Below, piece after piece: positions 1-13,784 of a stretch of 64,000 nt of DNA (position 1 is the first letter of the stretch; each line of letters opens with the position of its first letter). This DNA comes from Eledone cirrhosa (taxonomy: Eukaryota): assembly GCA_964016885.1 (NCBI GenBank), contig OZ024742.1, positions 19,964,001-20,028,000 of the forward strand, given 5' to 3'. The position numbers were made by a program, and so were the translations under genes. The notes under the pieces are model-generated. The model saw nothing but the letters and a program-made list of their open reading frames with translations. It did not search any database and was not told where the DNA came from.

Positions 1-71
1 CCTGGCCAGGAATCAAACACACGACATTATGATCGTTAGTCCAACACCCTGAACACTAGGTCACGTGCCTC
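1..71 (-). mobile_element. tRNA-derived SINE head (family B), cut by the window edge
   Basis: Reverse complement GAGGCACGTGACCTAGTGTTCAGGGTGTTGGACT...GTTTGATTCCTGGCCAGG has A-box and B-box-like motifs, similar to the heads at 11244 and 12003. Confidence 0.65.
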
Positions 72-387
72 TACCTTTGCTGATCTAGTATCCAATATAC
101 ACATCAAGTTTCATAGCTATTATTATTGGAGCTACAATACATATATCAAGCCAGCTGGAAGAAAGTATCACTGAACTTGGTTTATTGGAGAAATAACGCA
201 ACGTCTAACATTCCTAAGCTTCAGATACAAATGACCACGACATCTGGACACTTTTAAATATGTAAATCATGTTCAAAGTATGAACGATTACACAAAGGAC
301 GACAGAAATTTTCTTTTCTTTACAATCTTGCCTCCGGGAAGATGGCCGCTCAAAATTATCTCCAAATTAAGAAAAAGATACATAGAT

Positions 388-486
388 TTATACATACATA
401 CATACATACATACATACATACATACATACATACATACATACATACATACATACATACATACATACATACATACATACATACATACA
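388..486. repeat. (TACA)n microsatellite; representative of dozens of (TA)n, (CA)n, (GA)n and (TACA)n tracts across 1-46 kb
   Basis: Direct reading of the sequence. Confidence 0.98.
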
Positions 487-535
487 TCTATAGACACATA
501 TTTCTAAACAGATAAAGGCTTCAATGGAAAAGAAG

Positions 536-567
<32 letters not shown>

Positions 568-746
568 CAAGATAGTAGAATGTGTGTGAGAAGAGTGGAA
601 CCAATGTGATTAAAGTGTCTAGTAAATGGCTAGCTGGTTTATTCTCTCCGCCTACACATAACATACCAAATACACTGACACAGACACACACAAACACACA
701 CACATGCACACTTACACACGCACTTATTCACACCCACATATAATAC

Positions 747-840
<94 letters not shown>

Positions 841-842
841 GT

Positions 843-916
<74 letters not shown>

Positions 917-1030
917 ATATATACACACACACGCACGCACACACACACACACACACACTCTCTCTCACACACACATACACACATATATATATATATATAC
1001 ACACACATATATATATATACATACATATCT

Positions 1031-1225
1031 ATATCTATATATAATATAAAAGAAAGATGTTTATTGGTTGGCTGGCTGGTTGGTTGGTTGAATCACACGA
1101 AAAGTATACACACACACATCTAAAGAGAGAGACACAGAGGGAGAGGCAGAAAGAGAGAGAGAGGCAGAAAGAGGGAGAGGCAGAAAGAGAGAGAGAGAGA
1201 GAGAGAGGGGTGTGGGAGAGAGAAA
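1031..1225 (+). mobile_element. Dispersed repeat with Helitron/Helentron-like 5' end and internal (TGGT)n; second copy at about 22420-22750
   Basis: TCTATATATAATATAAAAGAAAGATGTTTATTGG(TTGG)n TTGAATC.CACGAAAA...CATCTAAAGA.AGAGACAC is shared with 22420-22750. The layout resembles microsatellite-bearing non-autonomous Helitrons. Confidence 0.4.
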
Positions 1226-1408
1226 GAGAGTAACGGCCCACGAAAATCTAGAAACGGCTTAAACTATTGATCCGCTGATCTATAGGAAGGTTTAACAATA
1301 TTACGTTAGCTTTTATAAAGTAGTTTTACAGTTTTTGATTTTACTGAACAAAGGAAAATTGATACTATTTGAAATTAATCTGCCCTCCAGCTTTTACTCA
1401 TATACTAC

Positions 1409-3260
1409 TTACAGTCCGTACCAAGGAAGCAACTCTTTAGAAGCAATGTTATGCAGCCTTGGATGTAGTTTAAAGGTGATGCCAATGCAGATAATGTAGC
1501 GCTCACGGCGGCGTTGATGAGAATAAAGTTTGAGTTTTTCTAGTCGACTCCAATAGTCAAGGCCTGTTATGCCATCTGTCTTTTTCGTGATTAACATTTG
1601 AGGAGCTTCAATTTTCATGGTACTTCGTTTCGTGTGGGGAGACCATAGTGGACAATAGTATTCAAGGTGGGGTGGGCAAAAGTGGAGAAGAGAAAGATAA
1701 CAGTGTGGATATCTCTCGACTGGAATGTTTTGAGGATCCAGGAACACATTCTGCGGACCATGTCAACTTTGCTGTTTATGTGAGTGGCCCAGTTTATGTT
1801 GTTGTCCACAATTACTCCCAAATCTCTGATTTTGTTGGATGCCACGAGAGGTTAACCTGAAGGAAGGGAGTATGGGAGTTTCTGGGCATCCTCTATTTCA
1901 AAGTGGATTAAATGAAATTTATCCTCGTTCAGCAGCATATTATTCTTTTCCGCCCATTGGATAACAGCCAGTAGATCTGATTGGAGGCATATCCAGTCAC
2001 CCACACCATTGATGACCTTCTGGAGATTGCAATCATCTGCGAAGATTCTTATGCTGCTGTGCTTGATGATGTCAGTAATATCATTAATATAGATAATGAA
2101 AAGAAGTGGGCCCAACACAGTGCCTTGCGGGACACCACTACTGACTTTGGCTGTGCTCCTTTGACTAAAACATGTTGGGCTCTGTTTGACAGGAAACATT
2201 TGATCCACTGCAGCAACTTTCCAGTGACACTAAGGTTGGATAGTTTTCTCTGTAGAATTTTGTGATCAACCCTGTCAAAGGCCTCGCTGAAATCAAGGTA
2301 GATGACATCAGTGTTGGAGCCCTCTTCCAAAGCTCTCAAAATACCATCAAAGTGATGCAGTAGCTGCGTTAGGCAATACTTTCCCTTACGGAACCCATGT
2401 TGGTTGGAGTTCAGCAGATTGTTCCTTTCAAGAAAGTGAGTTATTCGTGATCTCACCATCCTCTCAAATACCTTAATGATATGAGAGGTGAGTGAGATCG
2501 GAAGGGATTTGTTTCCCTCTTTGAAAACTGGGACAACAGACTGGGATAGTAAATTTTCTGGTATATATCCAGCATCCAGTGAGTTCTTCCACAGATTAGC
2601 AAGAGGAGGTGCAAGTTGGTGTCGACACACATTCAGGACACAAACAGGGAACCTATCGAGGCCTACTGCTGAATTGTGTTTAGTTTCTTTTATTGCCGCT
2701 AAGACATCAAGGGCGCCAAAAGTTATGTCAGATATAGTGTGTTGGGGATTAGCATCAGTGATACAGCCCAGATCAGGCATATTAGGATTGCTGAAATCAG
2801 AGCAGTATTGTTTCTGGAGTATCTCACCCATGCTTTTAGCATTATCTTGGAGAGTGCTGCCATTGTCATCAATTAGAGGGCCAACAGTGGAGCCAGTGAC
2901 TTTGTGTTTTTTAGCAAATGAAAAGAATACTTTGGGATTGAGTTTGATTTTCTCAATAGCGCAGGCCTCTTCAGCTGCTCTTTGATTGCTGATGATGGAC
3001 ATCATGCTGTTTTGGAGGTTGTGTTTTTCGATTCTACTGATGTAATGGCAGTCAAATGGGTATGTTACTGCGGGTAGTATTTCAGTTTGTTGATATTTTT
3101 GTTAATTCTTTTAATTTTTCTGATAAGTGTTCTTCTATTTCTAGGGATTCTACACTAAGATTTGTTTACAGATTTGAATGGGGTATGTTTTGCACATATC
3201 TTTGTTACAGTGTCTACAAATGTCTCCCAGGATTTTTTTATGTTAGTGGGTGTGTGATTG
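1409..3260 (-). mobile_element. Decayed CR1/L2-group LINE: ORF2 RT region and C-terminus, frameshifted
   Basis: RT motifs across frames: PISLTSHIIKVFERMV, QHGFRKG, DVIYLDFSEAFDRVDH, SGVPQGTVLGPLLFIIYIND, IFADDC, IRDLGVIVD, LEYYCPLWSPH, LEKLKLYSHQRRRER. Confidence 0.92.
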
Positions 3261-3274
3261 TTCGTGAAAGATAT

Positions 3275-3509
3275 ATATAAGAATAAAGAAAATACTCAAT
3301 CGCAGAAATGCAATAAAGATAGCTTATAAAATAGGATGAAGATCCTTAAAAGACGGACAAAGAAGTTGCCATTAGCGACCATGAGGAAATGAACCCCATA
3401 TCTTCCAGATAGTGGCTAATGGCAACTTCTTTTCCCGTCTTTTAAGGGTCTTCGCTCTATTTTATAAGCTATTTTTATAGCATTCCTGCGCTTGAACACT
3501 TTCTCTATA

Positions 3510-3515
<6 letters not shown>
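3275..3515. repeat. Imperfect ~240-bp foldback (hairpin) element between TA tracts
   Basis: ATAGCTTATAAAATAG...AAAAGACGG..AAGAAGTTGCCATTAGC pairs with GCTAATGGCAACTTCTT..CCGTCTTTT...CTATTTTATAAGCTAT. Confidence 0.85.
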
Positions 3516-3598
<83 letters not shown>

Positions 3599-3637
3599 TT
3601 ACGAGGTTTTTGATATGAAATCGTGGTGTCGAAACAA

Positions 3638-4349
<712 letters not shown>

Positions 4350-4593
4350 GTTTCATTGTTGTAGAGGCTGAATTACTAAGTACGATAAACCAATTATTTA
4401 GCAGAAGAACAATTTGTTGTCATCTACAACCTAAAGGCACGCGTGCCAGCTTTCCACTCATCAAATGAAGGTTATCAAAGAAATGTATTGAAGAAAGTTT
4501 AATATCTTGCCACCATTATGAAACCTGATCAGTGGTCACGTGATATAAACAACCGGATAGCACAAACATAATTTGCTGTGAAGTCTCTAGTTA

Positions 4594-4892
4594 CTTTCGG
4601 GTCCCAAATAATAGGGGGTGGAGGGAATAAGCAGGTAGTGGTGGAATAAGTGGGAGTAATCCGTTGATTTTATAAGAAAGCAGAATTGGTCGTTTAGCTT
4701 ACATATTGAGACTCCAAACCACCCTATTTATTCTATAAATTATGGAATTTCTTGTAATGTTCTTTTTGTCAAATATGATGATTTTGTAATTCTGCTTTTT
4801 CAAAAACGTCATCGGGACAACCTACAAAAATTACCGATCCCCTCACCCCACTTATCCCACCCCCACCCACCTATTATTTGGGACCTATAACT
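4594..4892. mobile_element. MITE with terminal inverted repeats (Tc1/mariner-type likely)
   Basis: GGTCCCAAATAATAGGGGGTGG near 4600 pairs with CCACCTATTATTTGGGACC near 4868-4886. Confidence 0.6.
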
Positions 4893-5107
4893 GTGGTTTC
4901 AGTAGGATGGAGTTCGGAAAGTGAACTGGAAACCACCGTGAATCCGATTGGAAATAGATAAATTAAATTGTAGTGGTCGAATTAGTGGTGTATGTTCAAC
5001 ACTAATGAAATTGTAGTGGTCGAATTAGTGGTGTATGCTCAACACTAATGAAATTTTGTATAATGTTAGCAATAACAATTGTAATTTTGTATTTATTCAA
5101 CATATTA

Positions 5108-5285
5108 AGGCGACAAATTGGCAGAGTCATTAGAACGTCGGATAGAATAATTTGCAGTATTCGTTCCGGCTTTCTGCTCTCTGAGTTCAAATCTCGCTGT
5201 GGTCAACTTTGCTTTTCATCCTTTTGAGTTAGATTTAAAAAAAAGTACCAGTCTAGTACTGGGGTCGATTCTTCCTCTACATCTC
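5108..5285 (+). mobile_element. tRNA-derived SINE family A (Deu/Nin-like central domain)
   Basis: GGCGACAAATTGGCAGAGTCATTAGAACGTCGG...GAGTTCAAATCTCGC...ACTTTGCTTTTCATCC...AGTACCAG..ACTGGGGTCGAT. Confidence 0.8.
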
Positions 5286-5533
5286 TTTCTCTCTTCTATT
5301 CTCTCGCTCTCTTTCTCCTTCCTTCCTGTTGGTGGTGAGACATTCCATTTATAAATACAACTCCTTTTAGCCAACTGAGTTGACTGGAAGAATGTGAAAT
5401 AAAGTATCACGCTCAAGTACACAACACACAGCCGGATGTTTTCTGTTATGTTCCCCTCCTTATATATTTGATATATTACATAATCCAATGCTACACGGTA
5501 CTCTCCCATCTCCTGACCTTTGGATATATATAC

Positions 5534-5666
<133 letters not shown>

Positions 5667-5679
5667 TATATCTATATAT

Positions 5680-6148
5680 CTAACTAAGGCTGGTAAAATT
5701 CCCGAGATCCATGGACGAGTTCTCTCTAGCGGTCTCTGTCCCTCATTATCGCTGCCATGTCCTGCGTCTCCAACAGACCAGTGTCTGTCCTTAGGGCATC
5801 AACATACGTTAACCTTGGTCTTCCTCTTCCAGTGTGTCCATGTAGGGGCTCCCAAAGGAGCACTGAGTGCAATGTCAACTCTGGATGTCGGTGAGCATGT
5901 CCAGCTAACCTCAGTCTCCTCTGTGTCACTTTTGAGCTGACTTTTGGGATGCTCCCATACAGCTCTGATCGGTGTGGAAGTCGGACCTTCGTAGAGACCT
6001 GAAAGTCCGCCTCTTCATTGCTGTAGTGGAGTCTGTGCTGCTGTATGGGTCTGAGACTTGGACACTGACCAAGAAACTCACTCAGATGGTGGATGGGTGC
6101 TACACGAGAATGTTGAGGATGGCTCTGAACATTAATCAGTATACAGTG
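5680..6148 (-). mobile_element. RTE-clade LINE 3' fragment with inverted 5' portion, in (TA)n
   Basis: Minus 5726-5968 encodes [29 protein letters not shown]...[10 protein letters not shown]. Plus 5972-6148 encodes the normally upstream KVRLFIAVVESVLLYGSETWTLT...CYTRMLRMALNI. Confidence 0.88.
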
Positions 6149-6169
6149 AGGATATATATATATATACAT

Positions 6170-6386
6170 ATATTTATTAAAATAACAGATTAAAGTTTAA
6201 GCAAAGAATCGCTGCTTTCACCCTTAACGGGATCTTCTGAAACTAACAAAATCAATATGACTCTTTGCTTAAACTTTAATCTGTTATTTTAATAAATATT
6301 TGCTCTACGGTTCTTATATATTTGATATATATTTTCCTTATCGAGCCCTCTTTGGATTTTAGTCTTCAATTTTATTATTATTACTA
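6170..6386. repeat. (TA)n-associated foldback repeat family; other copies at 18274-18437 and 22030-22112
   Basis: TATTTATTAAAATAACAGATTAAAGTTTAAGCAAAGA pairs with TCTTTGCTTAAACTTTAATCTGTTATTTTAATAAATA. The same sequence recurs at two other TA tracts. Confidence 0.8.
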
Positions 6387-6393
6387 TATATAC

Positions 6394-6450
<57 letters not shown>

Positions 6451-6494
6451 AAAAAAGGAAAAGAATGACATCACTTGTAGTTCTAATCAATTTA

Positions 6495-6735
6495 CCGTAT
6501 TTCCCGGCGCCGAACGCTTCGTCCTCGGGGACGTACTCTAATTTTGACAACCAAAAATTTGAAAAAAAAAAAAAATAATAATAATAATTGTTTCTACTCT
6601 TGGCACAAGGCCAGCAATTACCCAGTACATAAAAATAATAATAATAATAAACAACCTTCGGCCTCCAGGACGCATGATAGACTTTTGAGACTTATTTTAG
6701 GGAAAAAGTAGCGTCTTCGACGCCGGGAAATACGG
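6495..6735. mobile_element. Tc1/mariner (pogo/Tc2-like) MITE containing SINE tail fragments
   Basis: TIRs TA|CCGTATTTCCCGGCG ... CGCCGGGAAATACGG|TC. Confidence 0.75.
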
Positions 6736-7094
6736 TCATTTATTTTATAATAATGTGATTTTTACAATTTGGTTTTGTAGATCTAGTAAGTTCTTTGTTT
6801 ACTTCGGTGGGAAGACTTTTAAAGATTCCTGGTTAACTTTCCGGGAGAACTTTCTCCATATATATATATATAAATGGCTTCTACAGGACTAGAACTGTTT
6901 CATTCGGACACACACACACAGACACACACACACATATATATATAGAGAGAATAAGAAGATGCAAAGTAGTTTCAGATGCTGTGATAATGCTGTGGTACAT
7001 ATTTCAATGACGACAGTGGCCACACGCTCCCAATACAAGGATTATGTTTGAAAAATAGAGAGGACGGGAATATAATCGTATTTGAAAACTATAC

Positions 7095-7252
<158 letters not shown>

Positions 7253-7515
7253 TATATACAAATCTACATAGAGAGAAAGAATGAGAGATGGAGGGGGAGA
7301 AGGGTGAGAAAGAATGAGTAGAATGGGGGATGATTAAGAAGAGACACGCCTTTAACTGACATTTCCTCTCTCACCCCCACTCTCTTTCATTCTCACCCTC
7401 TCTCATTCTCTACTCCTCAATCTTCCCCCTCTCTCTGTATGTGCTACTTTCTCTCTCACATTCCACTCCCCCCCCCCTCATTATATAGAGTTATGTTTGC
7501 TATATTGTATTTAGT

Positions 7516-7715
7516 NNNNNNNNNNNNNNNNNNNNNNNNNNNNNNNNNNNNNNNNNNNNNNNNNNNNNNNNNNNNNNNNNNNNNNNNNNNNNNNNNNNNN
7601 NNNNNNNNNNNNNNNNNNNNNNNNNNNNNNNNNNNNNNNNNNNNNNNNNNNNNNNNNNNNNNNNNNNNNNNNNNNNNNNNNNNNNNNNNNNNNNNNNNNN
7701 NNNNNNNNNNNNNNN
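7516..7715. other. Assembly gap (200 N)
   Basis: Run of n characters; the round length suggests a scaffolding placeholder. Confidence 0.99.
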
Positions 7716-7927
7716 AGTATTGAGTACTCTGGTGAGTTATGGTCCATCTGGTTCCTTACCACAATTCCTTTGTTATATATATATATATACAATATATTAA
7801 CAAATGGAAACTATATTTATATATATTTGTTATATATTGTATATTTACTCCACTACTTATTGAGTGCTTTATATCAGTTATAAAAATGTTTAAGCTTGTT
7901 GAATCCCAACAAATTAAATATAACCTC

Positions 7928-8174
<247 letters not shown>

Positions 8175-8318
8175 GGAAAATGATAAACAATTTTTTTTAA
8201 GGGGCGGCTAAATAAAATATTTAAAAAAAATACAAACGAAAGACACAGAACTCCAGGGTCCTCAGCTGCCGAGATGGACTTCGGCAGTTTCGACTCCTAC
8301 CAACGGTACTGCTGGTCC

Positions 8319-8433
<115 letters not shown>

Positions 8434-8589
8434 TTATATAAACACACACAACTACATACTTGCATACACGGATGCATGCATACATGCATACATATATATA
8501 TACATCTACACACTCTTATACATGTACACACATATTATATATATAAGTGTATGCATGTATGTATGTATGTATGTATGTATGTATGTATG

Positions 8590-8960
8590 TAGAAGGAAAA
8601 CTCTGATATAACACCTGCAACCCTGATGGTATCCAATGATGTTGACGTGTTCTTCTTTTTGGTAAATATCATCTTGGTTAAGAGAGTGGGACTGGCTTTA
8701 TGCAGTGCCTTTGCTCACTATAAAAGCTTCACGGCACAGGCATTGCTTTATATCTGGAGATCTCTCTGCACTTGTCGTCACATGGTACCATGGGCCCAGC
8801 ACTATGTACAATAATTGTCACAAGTGTAGTGTTTGTACCAGAGTTTTCAAGTCGCTGGCTGGACTAAAAAGTCACACTCGTTCAGCGCATCGGTAGGGGT
8901 CCTCCTACATGGATATAAAGTAGTGGCCGTACTCGAAAACGAGTTGGCAGCCACCATGTA
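8590..8960 (+). mobile_element. Bipartite non-autonomous RTE-like element: 5'UTR-like part joined to a 3' zinc-finger end, with (TATG)n tail
   Basis: 8591-8745 resembles 37120-37280 (AGAAG.AAAACTCTGA...GTGGGA.TGG...GCACAGGCATTGC). It is followed by CSVCTRVFKSLAGLKSHTRSAH, typical of RTE C-termini. Confidence 0.55.
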
Positions 8961-9254
8961 TGTATGTATGTAGGTAGGTAGGTAGGTGTGTAGGTAGGTA
9001 TGTAGGTATGTAGGTAGGTATGTCCCCTGGCGTCCCATGCTAGTTCGACAATTAGAGATCAATAGAATATATAGATAAATAACCAACAGACTGAAATAAG
9101 TATTGGGGTCGATATGATTGATTGGACTTTGTTCCGTCCCTGCTCCAGCCTGGCCACTGTCCAATAACTGTGAACTTTAAATTACTATGGAAAACCCTCA
9201 ACTTGAGCTCCTGTCAAAATCTTTGAATATTTTTAACTGCTAGTATTTCGTTGG

Positions 9255-9490
9255 TGGTAGTGCAGCCGAAACACCACCCCGACCTCGGCACAGAGTCTCT
9301 CACCCTCTCCCCTTACCCCTCTCTTTCACCCGCTGCCTAATAATCCTTGTTCTTTCCCTACTTTTCTTCATATTTATGGCATTTAGAGTCCTTTCTTATA
9401 CTTTCCTATAAACCCAGATCTGCCCTTCTTTACCCTTTATTCAATATTTTCATTATTGTATAAGTTCTATTTGTAAAATATCGTTGACAT
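9255..9490 (+). mobile_element. 3'UTR fragment of the CRE-like element seen at 11013-11710
   Basis: Shares GTGCAGCCGAAACACC and TTTATGGCATTTAGAGTCCTTTC...ACTTTCCTATA with 11185-11600. Confidence 0.6.
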
Positions 9491-10162
9491 AATAAAACCA
9501 CAGTTAAACAAAAAATAAAGATAAAATAGAGAAGAAGCAAACACTGACTAGATGGAAAGTTATTCTGATATTATTAGCAACTGTCAGCCTCAAGGGCAAT
9601 GTGAATTCTGTGAGATTTTATCTTACAACATACGTCAGTGAAAGGTATGTAAGCAAGGTAGCAGATATATGTTTGGCATCATGCTAGCTTTTTCCTGTTT
9701 TAGTAAGTAGAAGAAGGGCGAGGAGAGGTATATATTGAATTGAAGGGTAGCATGGATGACCTTCATACATTCTTTTGGTAACGATTCCCCCTCGCCGCCA
9801 TTCCAGCCCTCACCTCGCCAGCCATCCACCGCCTGCTACCATCCTCGAAATAAGTAAGAAGACGAGGGCTGCTGCGTTGGAAGAGGTGTGGGTGGTGGTA
9901 CCGAGCGTAGGGTGGGGTGGGGAGGCGTGGGATGGTGGGGGTAGCGAGGCTGCTGTGGTAGAAACAAACAAGCGTCTCTATAGCAAGCTGTACAGTTTAG
10001 TGCAAGAACATATAGCGAGAGAATGTTTAGCAGCATAGCTCCATGTTTTACAATGGAATGTCGAGTTATATAATAAGGGTTTCTTATATTGGCGCATGTC
10101 CATAACATCTGTAGCAGTAAGATGGTTGAGTGGTGGTGGGGTTGTAGAAGGTATGAAAAGCA

Positions 10163-10265
10163 TGAGAGAGGGTTGTATTGCTGGTTGAATTGTTTGCGAG
10201 AGAGGGTTGTATTGCTGGTTGAATTGTTTGCGAGAGAGGGTTGTATTGCTGGTTGAATTGTTTGC
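10163..10265. repeat. 34-bp tandem repeat, 3 copies
   Basis: GAGAGAGGGTTGTATTGCTGGTTGAATTGTTTGC x3. Confidence 0.92.
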
Positions 10266-10500
10266 GCCTCATTAGACAACTGGTATCTCTAACTAAACTG
10301 TGTTTACAATAAATATATTCCATATTTATGTCTTTAAGTTATTGTTAACTTTATGGAGGAAAGTTAGCAAGAACTTACCAGAACTAATACAAGCCTGTCA
10401 ACTCTCCCTGTCTGACGGAGAGATCCCCCACCCACTTTGGAGTGAAGGAGATATGTCTTCTCTTGTGAAAATGGGTATAGCTTTCATTATGTAAAAATCA

Positions 10501-10738
10501 GGGCGGTAGATTGGGAGTATCGGGAGAGGGTCGGACGCCATGCTAGGGTGGTGGGTTGGCAGTATCGGTAAAGGGTCGGACACCATGCTTTGACGTATAG
10601 AGTTACGCCCCTTGTCATTCTGAGTTCAAATCCCGCCGAAGTTAACTTTGCCTTTCATCCTTACGAGGTCGATAAAATAAAATACCAGTAATGTACTGGG
10701 TAATTGCTGGCCTCGTGCCAAAAGTAGAAACAATTATG
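10501..10738 (+). mobile_element. SINE family A with duplicated 5' head
   Basis: Two copies of GG.GGT.G.TTGG.AGTATCGG..AGGGTCGGAC.CCATGCT, then GAGTTCAAATCCC, GCCTTTCATCCTTACGAGGTCGATAAA and tail GCCTCGTGCCAAAAGTAGAAACAATTAT. Confidence 0.85.
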
Positions 10739-11012
10739 TAAAACCTCCCCATTTTGCCTCATTTCTGCCCACGTTGGGGCACTTTTTTTTCATGGTACTC
10801 CCCGTTTGAGTTTTTTTAGGTTGGCAGGTCTGTTGATATCAAGAATGGTTTACTATAAAGATTTGAAGTATAAAAGAATACCAATCACCAGTGGAAAACC
10901 CCCCGGAATTAATAAAAATTTGAAACGAAAACTTTGTCCTCTTACATTTTCTACTAATTCACATATCCCACTTATTACCATGCGTATTCATTTTGATGAA
11001 GAAAAAGAAAAA

Positions 11013-11710
11013 GGCAGCCTATCCGCTACGAGAACTCTGGCGTCCTTGGATCCCGTACTGTCGAGCTCCTCCGTACAATCGGAACACCCGTCTGTGCAAG
11101 GAGCTCCATGAGGTGGGGTGGCTGTTGTAGCGGGTGTCGCTGGCCATTGTCCATGGAAATGCCTTTGCAGTTTTTTCCGTGGGGTGCAGCCGAAACACCG
11201 CCATGTCCTGAGCATAGAGCCTGTCACCCTCTCCCATTCCCCTGAAGGGGCATGGTTTAATGGTTAGAGCATTGGGCTTGCAATCAAAAGGTTGTGAGTT
11301 CATTTCTCGGACCGAGTGATATGGTGATGTCCTTGAGCAAGACACTATATTTCACGTTGCTCCAGTTTACTCAACTGTAGAAATGAGATGATAGGACTGA
11401 GGTCCCTATCATTAAATTACCCAAGACACCTCCAACGAGATATACCTTGGAGGAGGCCAGCTAAACCTGCATAGGTGTGAGCTGTAACAACAACAACGAC
11501 AATTCCCCTATCCTTCCGTGACCTCATAGTCCTTGCTTTTTCCTTCCCTTTCCTCTCATTTATGGCATTTAGAGTCCTTTCCGTTACTTTCCTATACAAC
11601 CATATCCGCCCTTGTTTACTCCTTTCCCCCTTTTTTCCATTACTTAATTTTATTTTTATCTTTTCTTTCAATCTTTCCCTCATTGTGTAACTTCTGTTTG
11701 TAAAATATAG
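11013..11710 (+). mobile_element. CRE-clade non-LTR retrotransposon 3' end, interrupted by a SINE
   Basis: Encodes PIRYENSGVLGSRTVELLRTIG ... WLL*RVSLAIVHGNAFAVFS, matching the C-terminus of the copy at 21219-21654. Confidence 0.7.
11244..11500 (+). mobile_element. tRNA-derived SINE family B (CORE-like centre, (AAC)n tail) with 8-bp target site duplication
   Basis: Head GGGGCATGGTTTAATGGTTAGAGC...GAGTTCATTTCTC, centre TCCTTGAGCAAGACACT, tail AACAACAAC. Flanked by ATTCCCCT at 11236-11243 and 11502-11509. Confidence 0.85.
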
Positions 11711-12002
11711 TTCACATTAGATGTATAACATAACATCTTTGTTTAATAAGAAAAAAAAAAAAAATTGGCAATTAGCATTATAACCTCTGGATCTCCCCCC
11801 CCACATCTCAGTTTTGGCCCGCTGTACGTCTTCCCCAGGACATAATGGCCCTTTTATGTCCTTGAGTTTTGAGACTCCCTACTTTAGAAAATGTAGTCCT
11901 AGATACATTATGTCTGAATAAAAAGACGAGATAGTCATGACTGGGTCGATTATAAACAACAATAACAGGGGATATAAAGAAAATACAATGTGATGATAAC
12001 GA

Positions 12003-12245
12003 ATGACAGGCAACAGGTTTGTGGTTAGAGCATTGGGCTTGTAATCGAAAGTTTGTGAGTTCAATTCTCGGTCCGGGTGATGTATTGTTTCCTTGAGCAA
12101 GACACTTTATTTCACGTTGCTCCACTTTACTCAGCTATAGAAATAGATGATAGGACTGGGGTCCCTATCATGAAATCACTCAAGACTCCTCCAACGAGAT
12201 ATACCTTGGATAGGGCAGCTAAACCTGCATAGGTGTGAGCTGTTC
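12003..12245 (+). mobile_element. SINE family B copy
   Basis: Closely similar to 11244-11490 (CCTTGAGCAAGACACTTTATTTCACGTTGCTCCA...CAGCTAAACCTGCATAGGTGTGAGCTGT). Confidence 0.85.
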
Positions 12246-13234
12246 TGCTGCTAACATATGTTATCCATTTAACCATTTCGTTTCAGTTTATTTCTAACTG
12301 AACCAAAATAGAAATCTTAGGTTACCTAAAAATAGTAAGAAGGTTATACTTTAAAGGAAATAATTAATAATTAGACCATTTATTTCATTCATTTTAATTT
12401 AATTATTTTCAGTATATTTTAATTGTTTTCTATATAATTTTTTTCTTTTAATATCCAATGGTGACCAACAGATGCTCAGTCCTATATTTTCTCTGTAACC
12501 AGTTATTTTGTTTCTACGAAATATATTTAGCAAATCCTTTAAACTTTATAGAAAAAATTGTAACTATGAGTTGAGTTATTTAACTAAATAATAAAAACAA
12601 ATATTTAATTACTTAACACTTTAATCCCTTTAATTAAATTATTTTTAGTATTTTGAAAAAATAAAATTCCTTTTAGATGTTAAAAACAGGAAACTCGAGG
12701 CTGGAGGTCTGAAAATGTTACAACGTAATTTGTGTTTCTAAAAATGGCGACTGATGAAAGTTGTAAGGTGCAGTGATGCATGCTAATTGATATACTACGT
12801 CACTGTTACAGATTTAGCCTAGACCAAATAAAAGAATGTAGTAAGCGACAAGAAAGAATGTATAGTTGATTAATTACATAAGACCGTAGTTTTACATGCA
12901 ACACTTCTCACTAATTTATCTCTTTACTCACCTACTAGTTAGCAACAATAATCTTTAATAATTTTCACCCCAACTATCTATTATGGTTTAGCTCTGTTGC
13001 CTATTTGGCTCTGACTCTCGTCTATTTGACCTGTCTGATTACACTGACCTTTTACATGTTTTATTTTACTGACATTCAACATTTTCTACCTTTGATCATC
13101 CCTTCACAATGTTTTAATTAATATCGATTATAGACTCACCTACAATTGTTTCAGTAGTTGGATAGCTGAGTATTATGTTCTTGACAAAATAACGTACGTC
13201 TCAATGACACGACCTGCATACATGTATGGTCCAA

Positions 13235-13548
13235 TAACTCCCGAGGGAGTCATAAGAGCACCCTATATACATACAGCGCTTCTGGGGCATTTTCAAACCG
13301 GGCGGATCCCATCTCTCCAGGTCTGAATAGAGTAGATTTCCTCCAAGGAAGGATAGAGAGTGAGAGAATGGAAGTGAGAAAGAGACATAGAGGAAGATTC
13401 GACCCCAGTACATGACTGGTACATTTTTAATGGTCCTCGAATGGATATAAAGAAAAGTTGAGCTCGGTGAGATTTGAACTCAGAGAGCCGAAACAAATAC
13501 CGCAAAGTAATCTATCCGACGTTCTAACGACTGTCAATTCGTCACCTA
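13235..13548 (-). mobile_element. SINE family A, alternative-tail subfamily (tail shared with 42410-42490)
   Basis: GATTTGAACTCAGAGAG B-box on minus. TAACTCCCGAGGGAGTC...CGCTTCT matches 42435-42490 in reverse. Confidence 0.7.
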
Positions 13549-13784
13549 AATGACACGGCCTAAGAAACTATTATTAAGTACTACGCCCAGTCCTGAGATA
13601 TACCCATGTGTCATGTAGAGAAGTAGATTTTACTAATATATCCAATGTAGACATGAAAAGCAATAAATGTAAAGATTTGTTTAAAGCAATGTTTCTCATA
13701 GTTGTGACGATTGAAAAGTTTAGCAGATGGATTGTCATATTTTATAAAAATTAATGTTTTTTTTTTATCACCGTACATCAATAA

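Noticed and set aside
8255-8318. Minus-strand GAAACTGCCGA...TCGGCAG hairpin as a hammerhead stem III
   Set aside because: No 5' core and the cleavage triplet is not NUH; too incomplete to call.
8815-8896. C2H2 zinc-finger gene exon
   Set aside because: A single finger followed by a stop and a (TATG)n tail fits an RTE retroelement C-terminus rather than a host zinc-finger gene.
11244-11320. Genuine tRNA genes (also 1-71, 12003-12075, 39765-39835)
   Set aside because: A and B boxes are present but no clean cloverleaf is evident, and most continue into SINE bodies.
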